Positions 30,366 through 39,230 of a DNA stretch of 64,000 nucleotides are shown piece after piece; the stretch's first letter is position 1, and each line of letters begins with the position of its first letter. The position numbers and the translations under genes are program-made. The stretch is taken from NCBI GenBank assembly GCA_963702205.1, contig OY969724.1, forward strand, positions 1,920,001 through 1,984,000, read 5' to 3'. The notes beneath the pieces were generated by a model. That model was not told where the DNA came from, made no database searches, and saw only the letters and a list, made by a program, of their open reading frames with translations. This DNA comes from an uncultured candidate division Zixibacteria bacterium. Its GTDB lineage: Bacteria; Zixibacteria; MSB-5A5; GN15; PGXB01.

Positions 30366-32615
30366 ATGACCAAAAATCTTTTAATAGTTGAATCACCAGC
30401 GAAATCAAAGACCCTGAAGAGGTTTTTGGGGAAAAGTTTCGAGGTTCTCTCGACCATCGGGCATGTTCGCGACCTGCCCAAATCAAAGCTCGGTGTTGAC
30501 CCGGAAGATGGCTTTAAAATCGACTACGTGACGATACGGGGCAAACAAAAAATCCTTAAAAAGCTGCGCGACGCCGCCAAAAAATCAGACATGGTATATC
30601 TGGCCCCCGATCCCGACCGCGAGGGCGAAGCCATCGCCTGGCACGTGGCCCAGCAAATCAGCGAGCCCGACAAAGTGGTTCGGGTGACTTTCAATGAAAT
30701 TACGAAAAAGGCCGTCCTGGCGGCCATAGAAAATACCCGTGACATCGATATTAATCTGGTTAACGCCCAACAGGCTCGCCGGGCACTGGACCGGCTGGTG
30801 GGATACAAAGTTTCGCCGGTGCTGTGGAAGACGGTGGCCCGAAACTTGAGCGCCGGACGGGTGCAGTCGGTGGCACTGAGAATTATCTGTGAACGGGAAG
30901 CCGAGATCGAGGCGTTTGTCGAAGAAGAGTACTGGAATATCGAGGCTCTTCTGGCCGATAAAAACAAAACCGAACTGCTCTCAAAACTGGTCAAAATCGA
31001 CAGTGACAAACCCGAGATAAAAAATCAGGAACAGGCCGACGGCATCGTCGAGGAACTGAAAAAGCTCGACTTCACCGTTGATGAAGTTAAGAAATCAGAA
31101 AAGAAACGTAATCCTCTGCCACCGTTCATAACCAGTACATTGCAGCAGGACGCCGCCCGCGCTTTGGGTTACTCACCCAAGAAGACGATGATGATCGCCC
31201 AGCAGTTGTATGAGGGCGTGGAATTGGGTGATGAAGGCGCGACCGGTTTGATTACGTATATGAGAACCGACTCGACCCGTATTGCCAGCTCGGCCATAGA
31301 TCAGGCGCGGGAATTCATAAATAATACATATGGGTCGGAATATCTTCCCGGTAAACCGAATTTCTACCGGGCCAGGAAAGGCGCGCAGGACGCTCACGAG
31401 GCGATCCGACCGACCTATCTTGACAATCCGCCCGCTAAAATCAAAGGGTCTCTGACCCGCGACCAGCTGCGGCTTTATACTTTGATCTGGAACCGATTTC
31501 TCGCCTGCCAGATGACTCCGGCCGTGTACGATACAACGTCGGTCGACATTAATGCCGGCAAATACCTCTTCCGATCGACCGCCCAGGCTTTGAAATTCGA
31601 CGGTTTTCTCAAAGTGTACGATGAAGCCAAAGAAAACGGCAACGGTGCCAACGGCGAAAACGGGTTTGTCGATTCTATTCCCGAACTGGGAAAAGGCGAT
31701 AAGCTGCGCCTGGTCGAGCTCAAACCCAGCCAGCATTTTACAAAACCGCCGGCCAGGTTTACGCAGGCATCGCTGGTTAAAACGCTGGAAGCCGAAGGGA
31801 TTGGTCGTCCGTCGACCTATGCCTCGATTATCTCGACCCTGCTGGACCGCAAATATGTTGAACTGGAGCAGAAAAAGCTCTCTGCGACGGAACTCGGTAA
31901 AACCGTCAATAAGATTCTCGTGGATAATTTCCCCGACCTGTTCAATGTGAAATTTACGGCGCATATGGAGACCGATCTGGACCAGATCGAAATGGGCAAA
32001 GAGGACTGGGTGTCGGTCATGCAGGGATTTTACGGGCCGTTTGAAAAGACACTGAACGACGTCACCAAGCGCCAGAAAGAAATAAAGGACTCCTTGACCG
32101 AAGAAACCGGTGAAGTTTGCGAAAAATGCGGCTCACCGATGGTTATAAAGTGGGGACGCAACGGCCGTTTCCTGGCCTGTTCGGCATACCCGGAATGCAA
32201 GACGACCAAACCGCTCAACGGCCAGGCCGAACCGGAAATAACCGACGTCGTGTGTGAAAACTGCGGAGCCCGGATGGTCGTCAAAGAAGGTCGTTTCGGA
32301 AGATTTTTGGCCTGCTCCAATTATCCGGAATGCAAGACCACCAAAGCCATCCCGACCGGCATCAAATGTCCGCGCGAAGGCTGCGACGGTGACGTGGTCG
32401 AGAAGAAAACACGACGCGGTAAAACGTTCTGGGGCTGCTCCAAATACCCCAAATGTGATTTTGCCAGCTGGTACAAACCGGTCAATCAGGAATGTCCGGA
32501 ATGCAAGAGCCCGTATCTGGTGGAAAAAGATACGAAAGCCGCCGGGGCGCATCTTTATTGTCCCGAATGCAAACACAAAATTTTCAAAGAAAAGCCCGAA
32601 GAAGTCGCGTCTTAA
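30366..32615 (+). CDS. topA: DNA topoisomerase I with C-terminal zinc ribbons
   Basis: IVESPAK, DPDREGE, SAGRVQS, ITYMRTDS, several C4 zinc ribbons. Confidence 0.97.
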   Translation: MTKNLLIVESPAKSKTLKRFLGKSFEVLSTIGHVRDLPKSKLGVDPEDGFKIDYVTIRGKQKILKKLRDAAKKSDMVYLAPDPDREGEAIAWHVAQQISEPDKVVRVTFNEITKKAVLAAIENTRDIDINLVNAQQARRALDRLVGYKVSPVLWKTVARNLSAGRVQSVALRIICEREAEIEAFVEEEYWNIEALLADKNKTELLSKLVKIDSDKPEIKNQEQADGIVEELKKLDFTVDEVKKSEKKRNPLPPFITSTLQQDAARALGYSPKKTMMIAQQLYEGVELGDEGATGLITYMRTDSTRIASSAIDQAREFINNTYGSEYLPGKPNFYRARKGAQDAHEAIRPTYLDNPPAKIKGSLTRDQLRLYTLIWNRFLACQMTPAVYDTTSVDINAGKYLFRSTAQALKFDGFLKVYDEAKENGNGANGENGFVDSIPELGKGDKLRLVELKPSQHFTKPPARFTQASLVKTLEAEGIGRPSTYASIISTLLDRKYVELEQKKLSATELGKTVNKILVDNFPDLFNVKFTAHMETDLDQIEMGKEDWVSVMQGFYGPFEKTLNDVTKRQKEIKDSLTEETGEVCEKCGSPMVIKWGRNGRFLACSAYPECKTTKPLNGQAEPEITDVVCENCGARMVVKEGRFGRFLACSNYPECKTTKAIPTGIKCPREGCDGDVVEKKTRRGKTFWGCSKYPKCDFASWYKPVNQECPECKSPYLVEKDTKAAGAHLYCPECKHKIFKEKPEEVAS

Positions 32616-32752
32616 GTGGTAATTTTCTGTTAGCCTGAATTCTTCTCTATAAAAGAATCCTTACCGTACCGTTGAATCTGAATTCGTGAGGATTACGGCC
32701 GACAGTTTCGCTTTTAATTGACCTGTGCGGTTGTTTATCATATCTTCCCGAC

Positions 32753-33643
32753 GTGATAAAAAAATATTTCAATAATTATATTGGCTATCTCACTCAGCAA
32801 ACGACGCTGGCGTCAGGATCTGTCGAAACCTACCGCAACGGCCTTAAACCGTGGGTGGAATTTCTGGAGAAAGAATACCGCGAAAATGAGCCGTCGCCGG
32901 CGGTTAATGCCATATTGTTGCGTAAATATCTCGCGGCTCGACGCAGTGACGGCCTCTCGGTACGGACACTGGCCGGGTTTATATATGCTCTGGCGGGGTT
33001 TCAGAAATATCTGGCGCGACAGAAAGACGGCTCGGCCTATTTGTGCCGCCTGAACAGACTCAAATATAAAGAAAAGATTCCGGGCTTTTTATCTCAAAAG
33101 GAAGCCGATGAGCTGTTCGATAATCTCGATAAGGACTCATATTTGAATCGCCGCGATTATCTGATGGTGACCTTGTTTTATCTGACCGGCATTCGCCGTG
33201 CCGAAATGGCGGCAATCAAAATATCCGATCTTGACCTGAATAAAGGGACCCTTACGGTTATCGGGAAGGGCAATAAAGAAAGAATAGTCCCGTGCGGACA
33301 ATCACTGCTGGCCGATTTTACCAGCTATCTGGAAGTCCGTGAAGTATTTGTGGGGTCCCGGCCGGATCATCTGGGGCTCCTGTTTTTAAATTACAGGGGT
33401 GAGCCAGTGTCGACGCGGTCGGTCAATCGGATCGTGATGAAATACTGCGCCCGGCTGGGAAAGAATGTTACGCCCCACATGCTGCGCCACAGTTTCGCAA
33501 CGCACATGCTGGAAAACGGGGCGGATATTCTGGCGATAAAAGAAATGCTCGGTCACAGTTCGCTGGCGACGACCCAAAAATACACTCATATTACGACCGA
33601 GCAGTTGAAAAAAGTTTATGACAAAGCCCATCCGAGGGCGTAG
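32753..33643 (+). CDS. xerC: Tyrosine recombinase XerC
   Basis: TGIRRAE, GKGNKER, TPHMLRHSFATH, LGH..TTQKY, AHPRA; topA-xerC-hslVU synteny. Confidence 0.9.
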   Translation: MIKKYFNNYIGYLTQQTTLASGSVETYRNGLKPWVEFLEKEYRENEPSPAVNAILLRKYLAARRSDGLSVRTLAGFIYALAGFQKYLARQKDGSAYLCRLNRLKYKEKIPGFLSQKEADELFDNLDKDSYLNRRDYLMVTLFYLTGIRRAEMAAIKISDLDLNKGTLTVIGKGNKERIVPCGQSLLADFTSYLEVREVFVGSRPDHLGLLFLNYRGEPVSTRSVNRIVMKYCARLGKNVTPHMLRHSFATHMLENGADILAIKEMLGHSSLATTQKYTHITTEQLKKVYDKAHPRA

Positions 33644-33652
33644 GAGAGATAT

Positions 33653-34189
33653 ATGATATTTCATGCCACGACGATACTTGGGTTGCGATATAAAGGCCAG
33701 GCCGCGCTGGGGGGTGACGGTCAGGTTACGCTCGATGATACCGTCATGAAATCGAAAGCGATCAAAATAAGGCGGATGTACAACGACCAGATTCTGACCG
33801 GATTCGCCGGAGCGGCGGCCGATGCTTTCGCGCTGTTCGAGCGGTTCGAAAGCAAGATTGAGGAGTTCAACGGGAATCTCCCCAAGGCCGCGGTGGAACT
33901 GGCCAAGGAATGGCGGACCGATAAATACTTACAGCGTCTCGAAGCACTGCTGGCCGTGACGGACAAGAAAAATTCGCTGATCATTGCCGGTTCGGGTGAA
34001 GTGATCGAACCCGACGACGGCATTCTCGCGATCGGCTCGGGAGGCACCTATGCCCTCGCCGCGGCCCGCGCCTACCTGTCGACATCGCCGAAACTGACGG
34101 CCGCAGAAATCGTGCAAAAATCGCTCAAGATAGCGTCGGACATTTGTGTCTATACCAATGATAACATTACAGTGGAAACGTTAAAATGA
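33653..34189 (+). CDS. hslV: ATP-dependent protease subunit HslV
   Basis: HATTI, GDGQVT, GFAG, IGSGG, ICVYTN. Confidence 0.97.
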   Translation: MIFHATTILGLRYKGQAALGGDGQVTLDDTVMKSKAIKIRRMYNDQILTGFAGAAADAFALFERFESKIEEFNGNLPKAAVELAKEWRTDKYLQRLEALLAVTDKKNSLIIAGSGEVIEPDDGILAIGSGGTYALAAARAYLSTSPKLTAAEIVQKSLKIASDICVYTNDNITVETLK

Positions 34190-35553
34190 TAAACAGATTA
34201 GCCAAAACTCCCAAAGAAATAGTCGAGCATCTTGATAAATACATCATCGGTCAGGAAAAGGCCAAAAAGTCGGTGGCGATTGCGCTGCGCAACCGCTGGC
34301 GAAGACAGGCCGTAACCGGTGATATGCAAAGTGAAATTCAGCCCAATAATATTCTTATGATCGGCCCGACCGGGGTCGGCAAAACCGAAATCGCCCGCCG
34401 CCTGGCAGCCATGGCATCGGCGCCTTTTTTGAAAGTGGAAGCATCAAAATTTACCGAGGTCGGGTATGTCGGACGCGACGTGGAATCGATGGTTCGCGAC
34501 CTGGTCGACCTGGCAGTCGGTATGGTGCGTCAGGAGAAAGCCGAAGCGGTTGAAGGCAAGGCGCAGGAAAATGTCGAGGAACGTCTGCTCGATCTGCTTT
34601 TGCCTCCGCCCCGGGCAAAAAAGCCGACACACGCACCGGACGACGTGGTTCAACTGGAATCCGGCGAAATAGACATAAGCAATACCCGTGAAAAACTTCG
34701 CAAGCAGCTTCGCGATGGCAAGCTCGAAAAGAGAATGGTGGAAATCGATGCCGCCCAGGATCGTTTCCCAGTGGTGGAGATTTTTTCACCGATGGGTATG
34801 GAAGAACTCGGCATTAATTTTCAGGAGATGTTTTCCGGGATTGTCCCCAAGAAAACCAAGCGCCGGAAAACGTCGGTAGCCGAAGCGAGAAAATTTATTT
34901 TCGCCGACGAGCTGGACAGGCTCGTCAATATGGATGACGTTATTGCCGATGCTCTCGAACGCGCCCAGCAATCGGGGATTATATTCATAGATGAAATCGA
35001 TAAAATCTGCGGTGAAAAATCGAAGAGCGGTCCGGATGTCTCCCGTGAAGGCGTCCAGCGCGATATACTACCGATAGTCGAGGGCTCGACGGTTATGACC
35101 AAGTATGGACTGGTCAAAACCGACCATATGCTGTTCATCGCGGCGGGGGCGTTTCATTCCTCGAAACCGTCGGATATGGTCCCCGAGCTTCAGGGTCGTT
35201 TCCCGATTCGGGTGGAACTGGGTTCGCTCGATGCTTCCGATTTTGTCAAAATCCTGACCGAACCACAGAATGCCCTCATAAAGCAATATATTGCACTGTT
35301 GAAAGCCGAAGACATCGATTTGGCCTTCGACAAAAAAGCAATCGTACGAATCGCGGAAATCGCCGAGAAGGTCAATAACAATATGGAAAACATCGGGGCC
35401 AGGCGGCTTCATACGGTTATGACGACGCTTTTGGAAGACGTCATGTTCGACGCGCCCGCAGGGCAAAAAAATATCCGGGTCACGGTTTCGATGGTGAACA
35501 AGAAACTGGGCGAAATTGTCGAAGACGAAGATTTGAGCAGATATATATTATGA
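34186..35553 (+). CDS. hslU: ATP-dependent protease ATPase subunit HslU
   Basis: [31 protein letters not shown]. Confidence 0.97.
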   Translation: MINRLAKTPKEIVEHLDKYIIGQEKAKKSVAIALRNRWRRQAVTGDMQSEIQPNNILMIGPTGVGKTEIARRLAAMASAPFLKVEASKFTEVGYVGRDVESMVRDLVDLAVGMVRQEKAEAVEGKAQENVEERLLDLLLPPPRAKKPTHAPDDVVQLESGEIDISNTREKLRKQLRDGKLEKRMVEIDAAQDRFPVVEIFSPMGMEELGINFQEMFSGIVPKKTKRRKTSVAEARKFIFADELDRLVNMDDVIADALERAQQSGIIFIDEIDKICGEKSKSGPDVSREGVQRDILPIVEGSTVMTKYGLVKTDHMLFIAAGAFHSSKPSDMVPELQGRFPIRVELGSLDASDFVKILTEPQNALIKQYIALLKAEDIDLAFDKKAIVRIAEIAEKVNNNMENIGARRLHTVMTTLLEDVMFDAPAGQKNIRVTVSMVNKKLGEIVEDEDLSRYIL

Positions 35554-35575
35554 TAAAAATCGGGAGAAACTGTCA

Positions 35576-35959
35576 ATGGTTCAGGGCAAGTTTGCCACCG
35601 CCGTAAATTGCATGGACGGCAGGACACAGTTGCCTGTCATGGAATATCTAAAAGAAACGTACGGGGTCGATCACGTGGATGCCGTCACCGAACCGGGTCC
35701 GATAAAGGTGCTGGCCGAAGGCGACGACCTTACCGCCCTCGAGTCTATTAAAAGAAGAATCGATATTTCCATAAATAAACACGGTTCTTCGGTTATCGCC
35801 CTGGTCGGGCATCACGATTGTGCGGGAAATCCGGTTGATCGGTCAATACAGGAATCCCAATTAAGAAAAAGCGTGGAGAAAATAAGGTCGTGGAAGTACG
35901 ACGCTGAAATTATCTGCCTGTACGTCAATGAAGACTGGTCGGTCGAAGTCCTCGTATAG
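35576..35959 (+). CDS. Small beta-type carbonic anhydrase-like protein
   Basis: CMDGR and HHDC zinc-ligand motifs. Confidence 0.75.
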   Translation: MVQGKFATAVNCMDGRTQLPVMEYLKETYGVDHVDAVTEPGPIKVLAEGDDLTALESIKRRIDISINKHGSSVIALVGHHDCAGNPVDRSIQESQLRKSVEKIRSWKYDAEIICLYVNEDWSVEVLV

Positions 35960-35968
35960 CCAGCCGAT

Positions 35969-36565
35969 TCAGACTTGAAAAATCCGCACGTCACCGAAAA
36001 CCGTCCGGGCGTGAATATATAGTTTTTCCTGTGCGGAATCGAAATTCTCGGTCTTTTGTATCAGGCTGTTGGAAATTCCGGACGCAATCCTCCCGAAAAT
36101 GATTATCTCTCCGAAAATATCCGAGCCGGTGGCGAATACGGCCATGTCCTTGGGCAAAGTTATGGTTACATCGCCGAAAACGGTCGTGGCCGAAATTCGA
36201 TTGTTGCCCTTGGACAGTCTGCCGCCGGATAAATAGAGAAGAATATCTCCGAATACGGTTGAAAAATTGCGGCCATTAAGTTCAATGTCACGGGCGTCAA
36301 AATGCATGTCGCCGAAAACTTTCTCCAGAGTTTGAAAGCCGGCGCCAAACGGCTCGGCCACTGAGGGCTGTGTCGAGCTATCGGGCGCTTTGCGTCGGTT
36401 GGCCTGACGGACGATCAAATAAATCCCCAAAGCGACCAGTCCGATAGAAAGCAGGTTGTGGAACACGAACCGGAACGGCCAGTTCAAAAGGTCGGCCCGG
36501 ACGCCGATGCCGATGATCCCGACAACGATTAATATTATCGCCCAAACGATTCTCGAATTGCTCAT
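35969..36565 (-). CDS. LiaF-like cell-envelope stress protein (DUF2154 C-terminus)
   Basis: N-terminal TMs and repeated VFGD motifs; GGGGGA RBS before ATG 36565. Confidence 0.8.
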   Translation of the reverse strand: MSNSRIVWAIILIVVGIIGIGVRADLLNWPFRFVFHNLLSIGLVALGIYLIVRQANRRKAPDSSTQPSVAEPFGAGFQTLEKVFGDMHFDARDIELNGRNFSTVFGDILLYLSGGRLSKGNNRISATTVFGDVTITLPKDMAVFATGSDIFGEIIIFGRIASGISNSLIQKTENFDSAQEKLYIHARTVFGDVRIFQV

Positions 36566-36597
36566 GTTTCCCCCGGTCTTGCCATAATACGTTAGGA

Positions 36598-36623
36598 TAC
36601 GAAAAATGTCGTCCGGTGTTTCT
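36598..36623 (-). promoter_or_regulatory. ECF (SigW-like) promoter
   Basis: AGAAAC-N16-CGTA on the minus strand. Confidence 0.6.
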
Positions 36624-36773
36624 TCCGTTAATAAAGCCCCAACGGTTTCTTTAATCAAGAGAAATATGTCGTACGTAATCCATTATCGAATAGGGGTTGA
36701 CAAGTGCGCCGGGCCGGTGTTACTTTCAGAAATTTTGTCAAATTATCGATATGAATAAAGAAAAGGAGCAGTT

Positions 36774-37679
36774 ATGCCTCGTTCAATGTGCGAAATAACC
36801 GACCTGACCCCCAAAGAGGTTTTCGAAGTTTTCGAATTGTGCCGCAAAATGAAAACCGGAGAAATCTCTCCCAAACCGCTGGCCGGAAAATCGGCGGCGT
36901 GCATATTCACCAAACCTTCACTTAGAACTCGTGTGTCTTTTGAAGTCGGCATCAATGAACTGGGAGGAAATGCGCTCTATATTACCGACAATGAAATAAA
37001 AATCGGAGTGCGCGAATCGGTTCATGACGTCGCCAAGGTCCTCTCCAGATTTGTCGGATTGATCATGATTCGCACATTCGCGCATGCCGATGTAACCGGT
37101 CTGGCCAAATACGCTGACGTGCCGGTGGTAAATGGCCTGACCGACCTGGTACATCCCTGCCAGATCATGGGTGATTATTTCACGATCATGGAGCACAAGA
37201 AAAAGGAAAAATTTTCCATCGCCTATCTCGGTGACGGCAACAATGTCTGCAACAGCTGGTTAAACCTGGCTTCACTGATACCGATCGATCTTAGAATCGG
37301 GACCGATAAATCCACGCCGCCCGACCGGAATATCCTGGAGAAGGCGAAAGCCAACAGCGAAAGCTCGGTGACCATAACCGACGATCCTAAAGAAGCCGTT
37401 GGCAATGCCGATGTTATCTATACGGACGTTTGGGCCTCGATGGGCCAAAAAGACAAACAAGATGAGAAAACAAAATTATTAGGTAAGTTTCAAGTAAACT
37501 CGGCGTTGCTGACCGGAGCCGCTCCGGATTGTCTGGTTATGCACTGCCTGCCTGCGGAACGGGGACGTGAAATCACGGATGAAGTTATAGACGGTCCCCA
37601 TTCAGTGGTTTTCGACGAAGCCGAAAACAGGCTGCATATCCAGAAGGCGATTATGGCGTTCCTGCTCGAACGATCGTAA
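36774..37679 (+). CDS. argF: Ornithine carbamoyltransferase
   Basis: PSLRTR, HPCQ, GDGNNV, DVWASMG, HCLP, EAENR. Confidence 0.9.
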   Translation: MPRSMCEITDLTPKEVFEVFELCRKMKTGEISPKPLAGKSAACIFTKPSLRTRVSFEVGINELGGNALYITDNEIKIGVRESVHDVAKVLSRFVGLIMIRTFAHADVTGLAKYADVPVVNGLTDLVHPCQIMGDYFTIMEHKKKEKFSIAYLGDGNNVCNSWLNLASLIPIDLRIGTDKSTPPDRNILEKAKANSESSVTITDDPKEAVGNADVIYTDVWASMGQKDKQDEKTKLLGKFQVNSALLTGAAPDCLVMHCLPAERGREITDEVIDGPHSVVFDEAENRLHIQKAIMAFLLERS

Positions 37680-37733
37680 TCGGTACAAAAACGGGCCTCA
37701 CCGGTTCACGGGCGCCACGAAAGGAGACGCACG

Positions 37734-38603
37734 ATGCGCGCTAAGTTCTTTATCGTCGGTGCAGGCCTCATAGCACTCGCCGGAATCCTGATGCTGGGAA
37801 CCGGCTGCTCGGACTCCACGACCAACTGGACGGCGGGATCGGAAACGGATTTCGATTATATGCTGGTTCAACCGCAAATCGATAACGTCATCGATTCCGC
37901 GGTGGCTTCTTTCTCGTCGGCTTTCGACAGCTATAATCAAATGCCGAACGGTGACGATGACGACGACGTGATCATTGCCAATTATGCTCCCGGCGGGGGA
38001 GACGTCAATTATACGTACGATTATTATGCCGGCACCGGTTGGCATGAAATCTGGGTCGCCAATGAAGCCGATAATTTTTCCATGTACGTGCGTGATTCCG
38101 TGCAGTTTCGCCAGGACGGTCAATTCGTCGAAGATGCTACGGGCGCCGATTACATGAATTACATCCATAACTGGGTCTTCGAAACCGACAACAGTCTGAC
38201 CGACGAAACCTACGCCGACTGGACCGGTCGCAACCGCCTGCTGTTCACCAATCTCGATCAGCAAACCTGCAATCTCGACGGTTCCAATCATTCCGTCATT
38301 AACTGGCACTATTTCGCGACCGACACGACCATTGATGCCCAATTCGAATCCAGTACAACTTATCGTGACATCGCCTTTAGCCAGGTCCCGAGTTATGGCT
38401 GGGCTTCAGGTTGCCCGGTTTCCGGCACGATGCATTTTACCATGACGCAGAATTATACTCTGACCGTTGACGATACCCCGGCCGAATTCAGCTATGAATG
38501 GGACGTCAGGATAACTTTCGAAAGCGGTTCGGCCGATGTCCGCGTCACCCATAATAATTTCAGCTGGCAATACACCCGTGATCTTTGCACGGTAGTAGAT
38601 TAA
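37734..38603 (+). CDS. Hypothetical acidic lipoprotein
   Basis: AAGGAG RBS; lipobox LGTGC. Confidence 0.75.
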   Translation: MRAKFFIVGAGLIALAGILMLGTGCSDSTTNWTAGSETDFDYMLVQPQIDNVIDSAVASFSSAFDSYNQMPNGDDDDDVIIANYAPGGGDVNYTYDYYAGTGWHEIWVANEADNFSMYVRDSVQFRQDGQFVEDATGADYMNYIHNWVFETDNSLTDETYADWTGRNRLLFTNLDQQTCNLDGSNHSVINWHYFATDTTIDAQFESSTTYRDIAFSQVPSYGWASGCPVSGTMHFTMTQNYTLTVDDTPAEFSYEWDVRITFESGSADVRVTHNNFSWQYTRDLCTVVD

Positions 38604-38620
38604 ATAATAACATCTTTCCA

Positions 38621-38652
38621 AAAACCCCCGGCCTTAGTCGGGGGTTTTTTTA
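38621..38652 (+). terminator. Rho-independent terminator
   Basis: AAAACCCCCGGC-ctta-GTCGGGGGTTTTTTTT. Confidence 0.85.
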
Positions 38653-38690
38653 TTGTTTTCAACCCGGGTGGATATTGCTAAATTTAAGTC

Positions 38691-39125
38691 ATGGAAGAAA
38701 TTGCAAAATACTCGGGCTGCTTTGTATGTGGTGCCGACAATGAATGTGGTCTTAAGGCTCGGTTTTACTTCGACGGCGACAAAGCGGCCACTGAATATGC
38801 CGCAGAAAGGCGCTTTGAGGGTTATCACGATATTTTTCACGGCGGCATTACGGCGGCCCTGATGGATGAGGTTATGATCAAAGCCCTGCTGGCCCAAGAG
38901 ATTTTTGTCATGACCGTCGAGTTGAGCGTTAAGTATATAAAGGCCATATATATAGGTCAGAAGATCACGTTTGAAGGCCGGCTGGAAAAAGGCCGGGGAA
39001 AACTTTATATAACCTCCGGAAAAGCAATTAATGACCGGGGCGAAGTTGTCGCCGAAGCGACCGGAAAATATCTGAAAGTCGGGCGCGAAATGAATACCAA
39101 ACTAAAGGAATCCCTGGATCGTTAG
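38691..39125 (+). CDS. PaaI family thioesterase
   Basis: CFVCG.DN..GL, HGGITAALMDE. Confidence 0.9.
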   Translation: MEEIAKYSGCFVCGADNECGLKARFYFDGDKAATEYAAERRFEGYHDIFHGGITAALMDEVMIKALLAQEIFVMTVELSVKYIKAIYIGQKITFEGRLEKGRGKLYITSGKAINDRGEVVAEATGKYLKVGREMNTKLKESLDR

Positions 39126-39230
39126 ATAATTGAAGACAGGGTTTGACAAGTTTGGCAAGCGACGTATATTTTATTTATACATATATTTTCCGCTGTCTTA
39201 ATGTGTGTCCGACATATAAAGGAGTATAGG

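Noticed and set aside
2078..33643. Two tyrosine recombinases as phage or island integrases
   Set aside because: Both show XerD/XerC signatures and housekeeping context; no att sites, phage genes or dif site were recognised.
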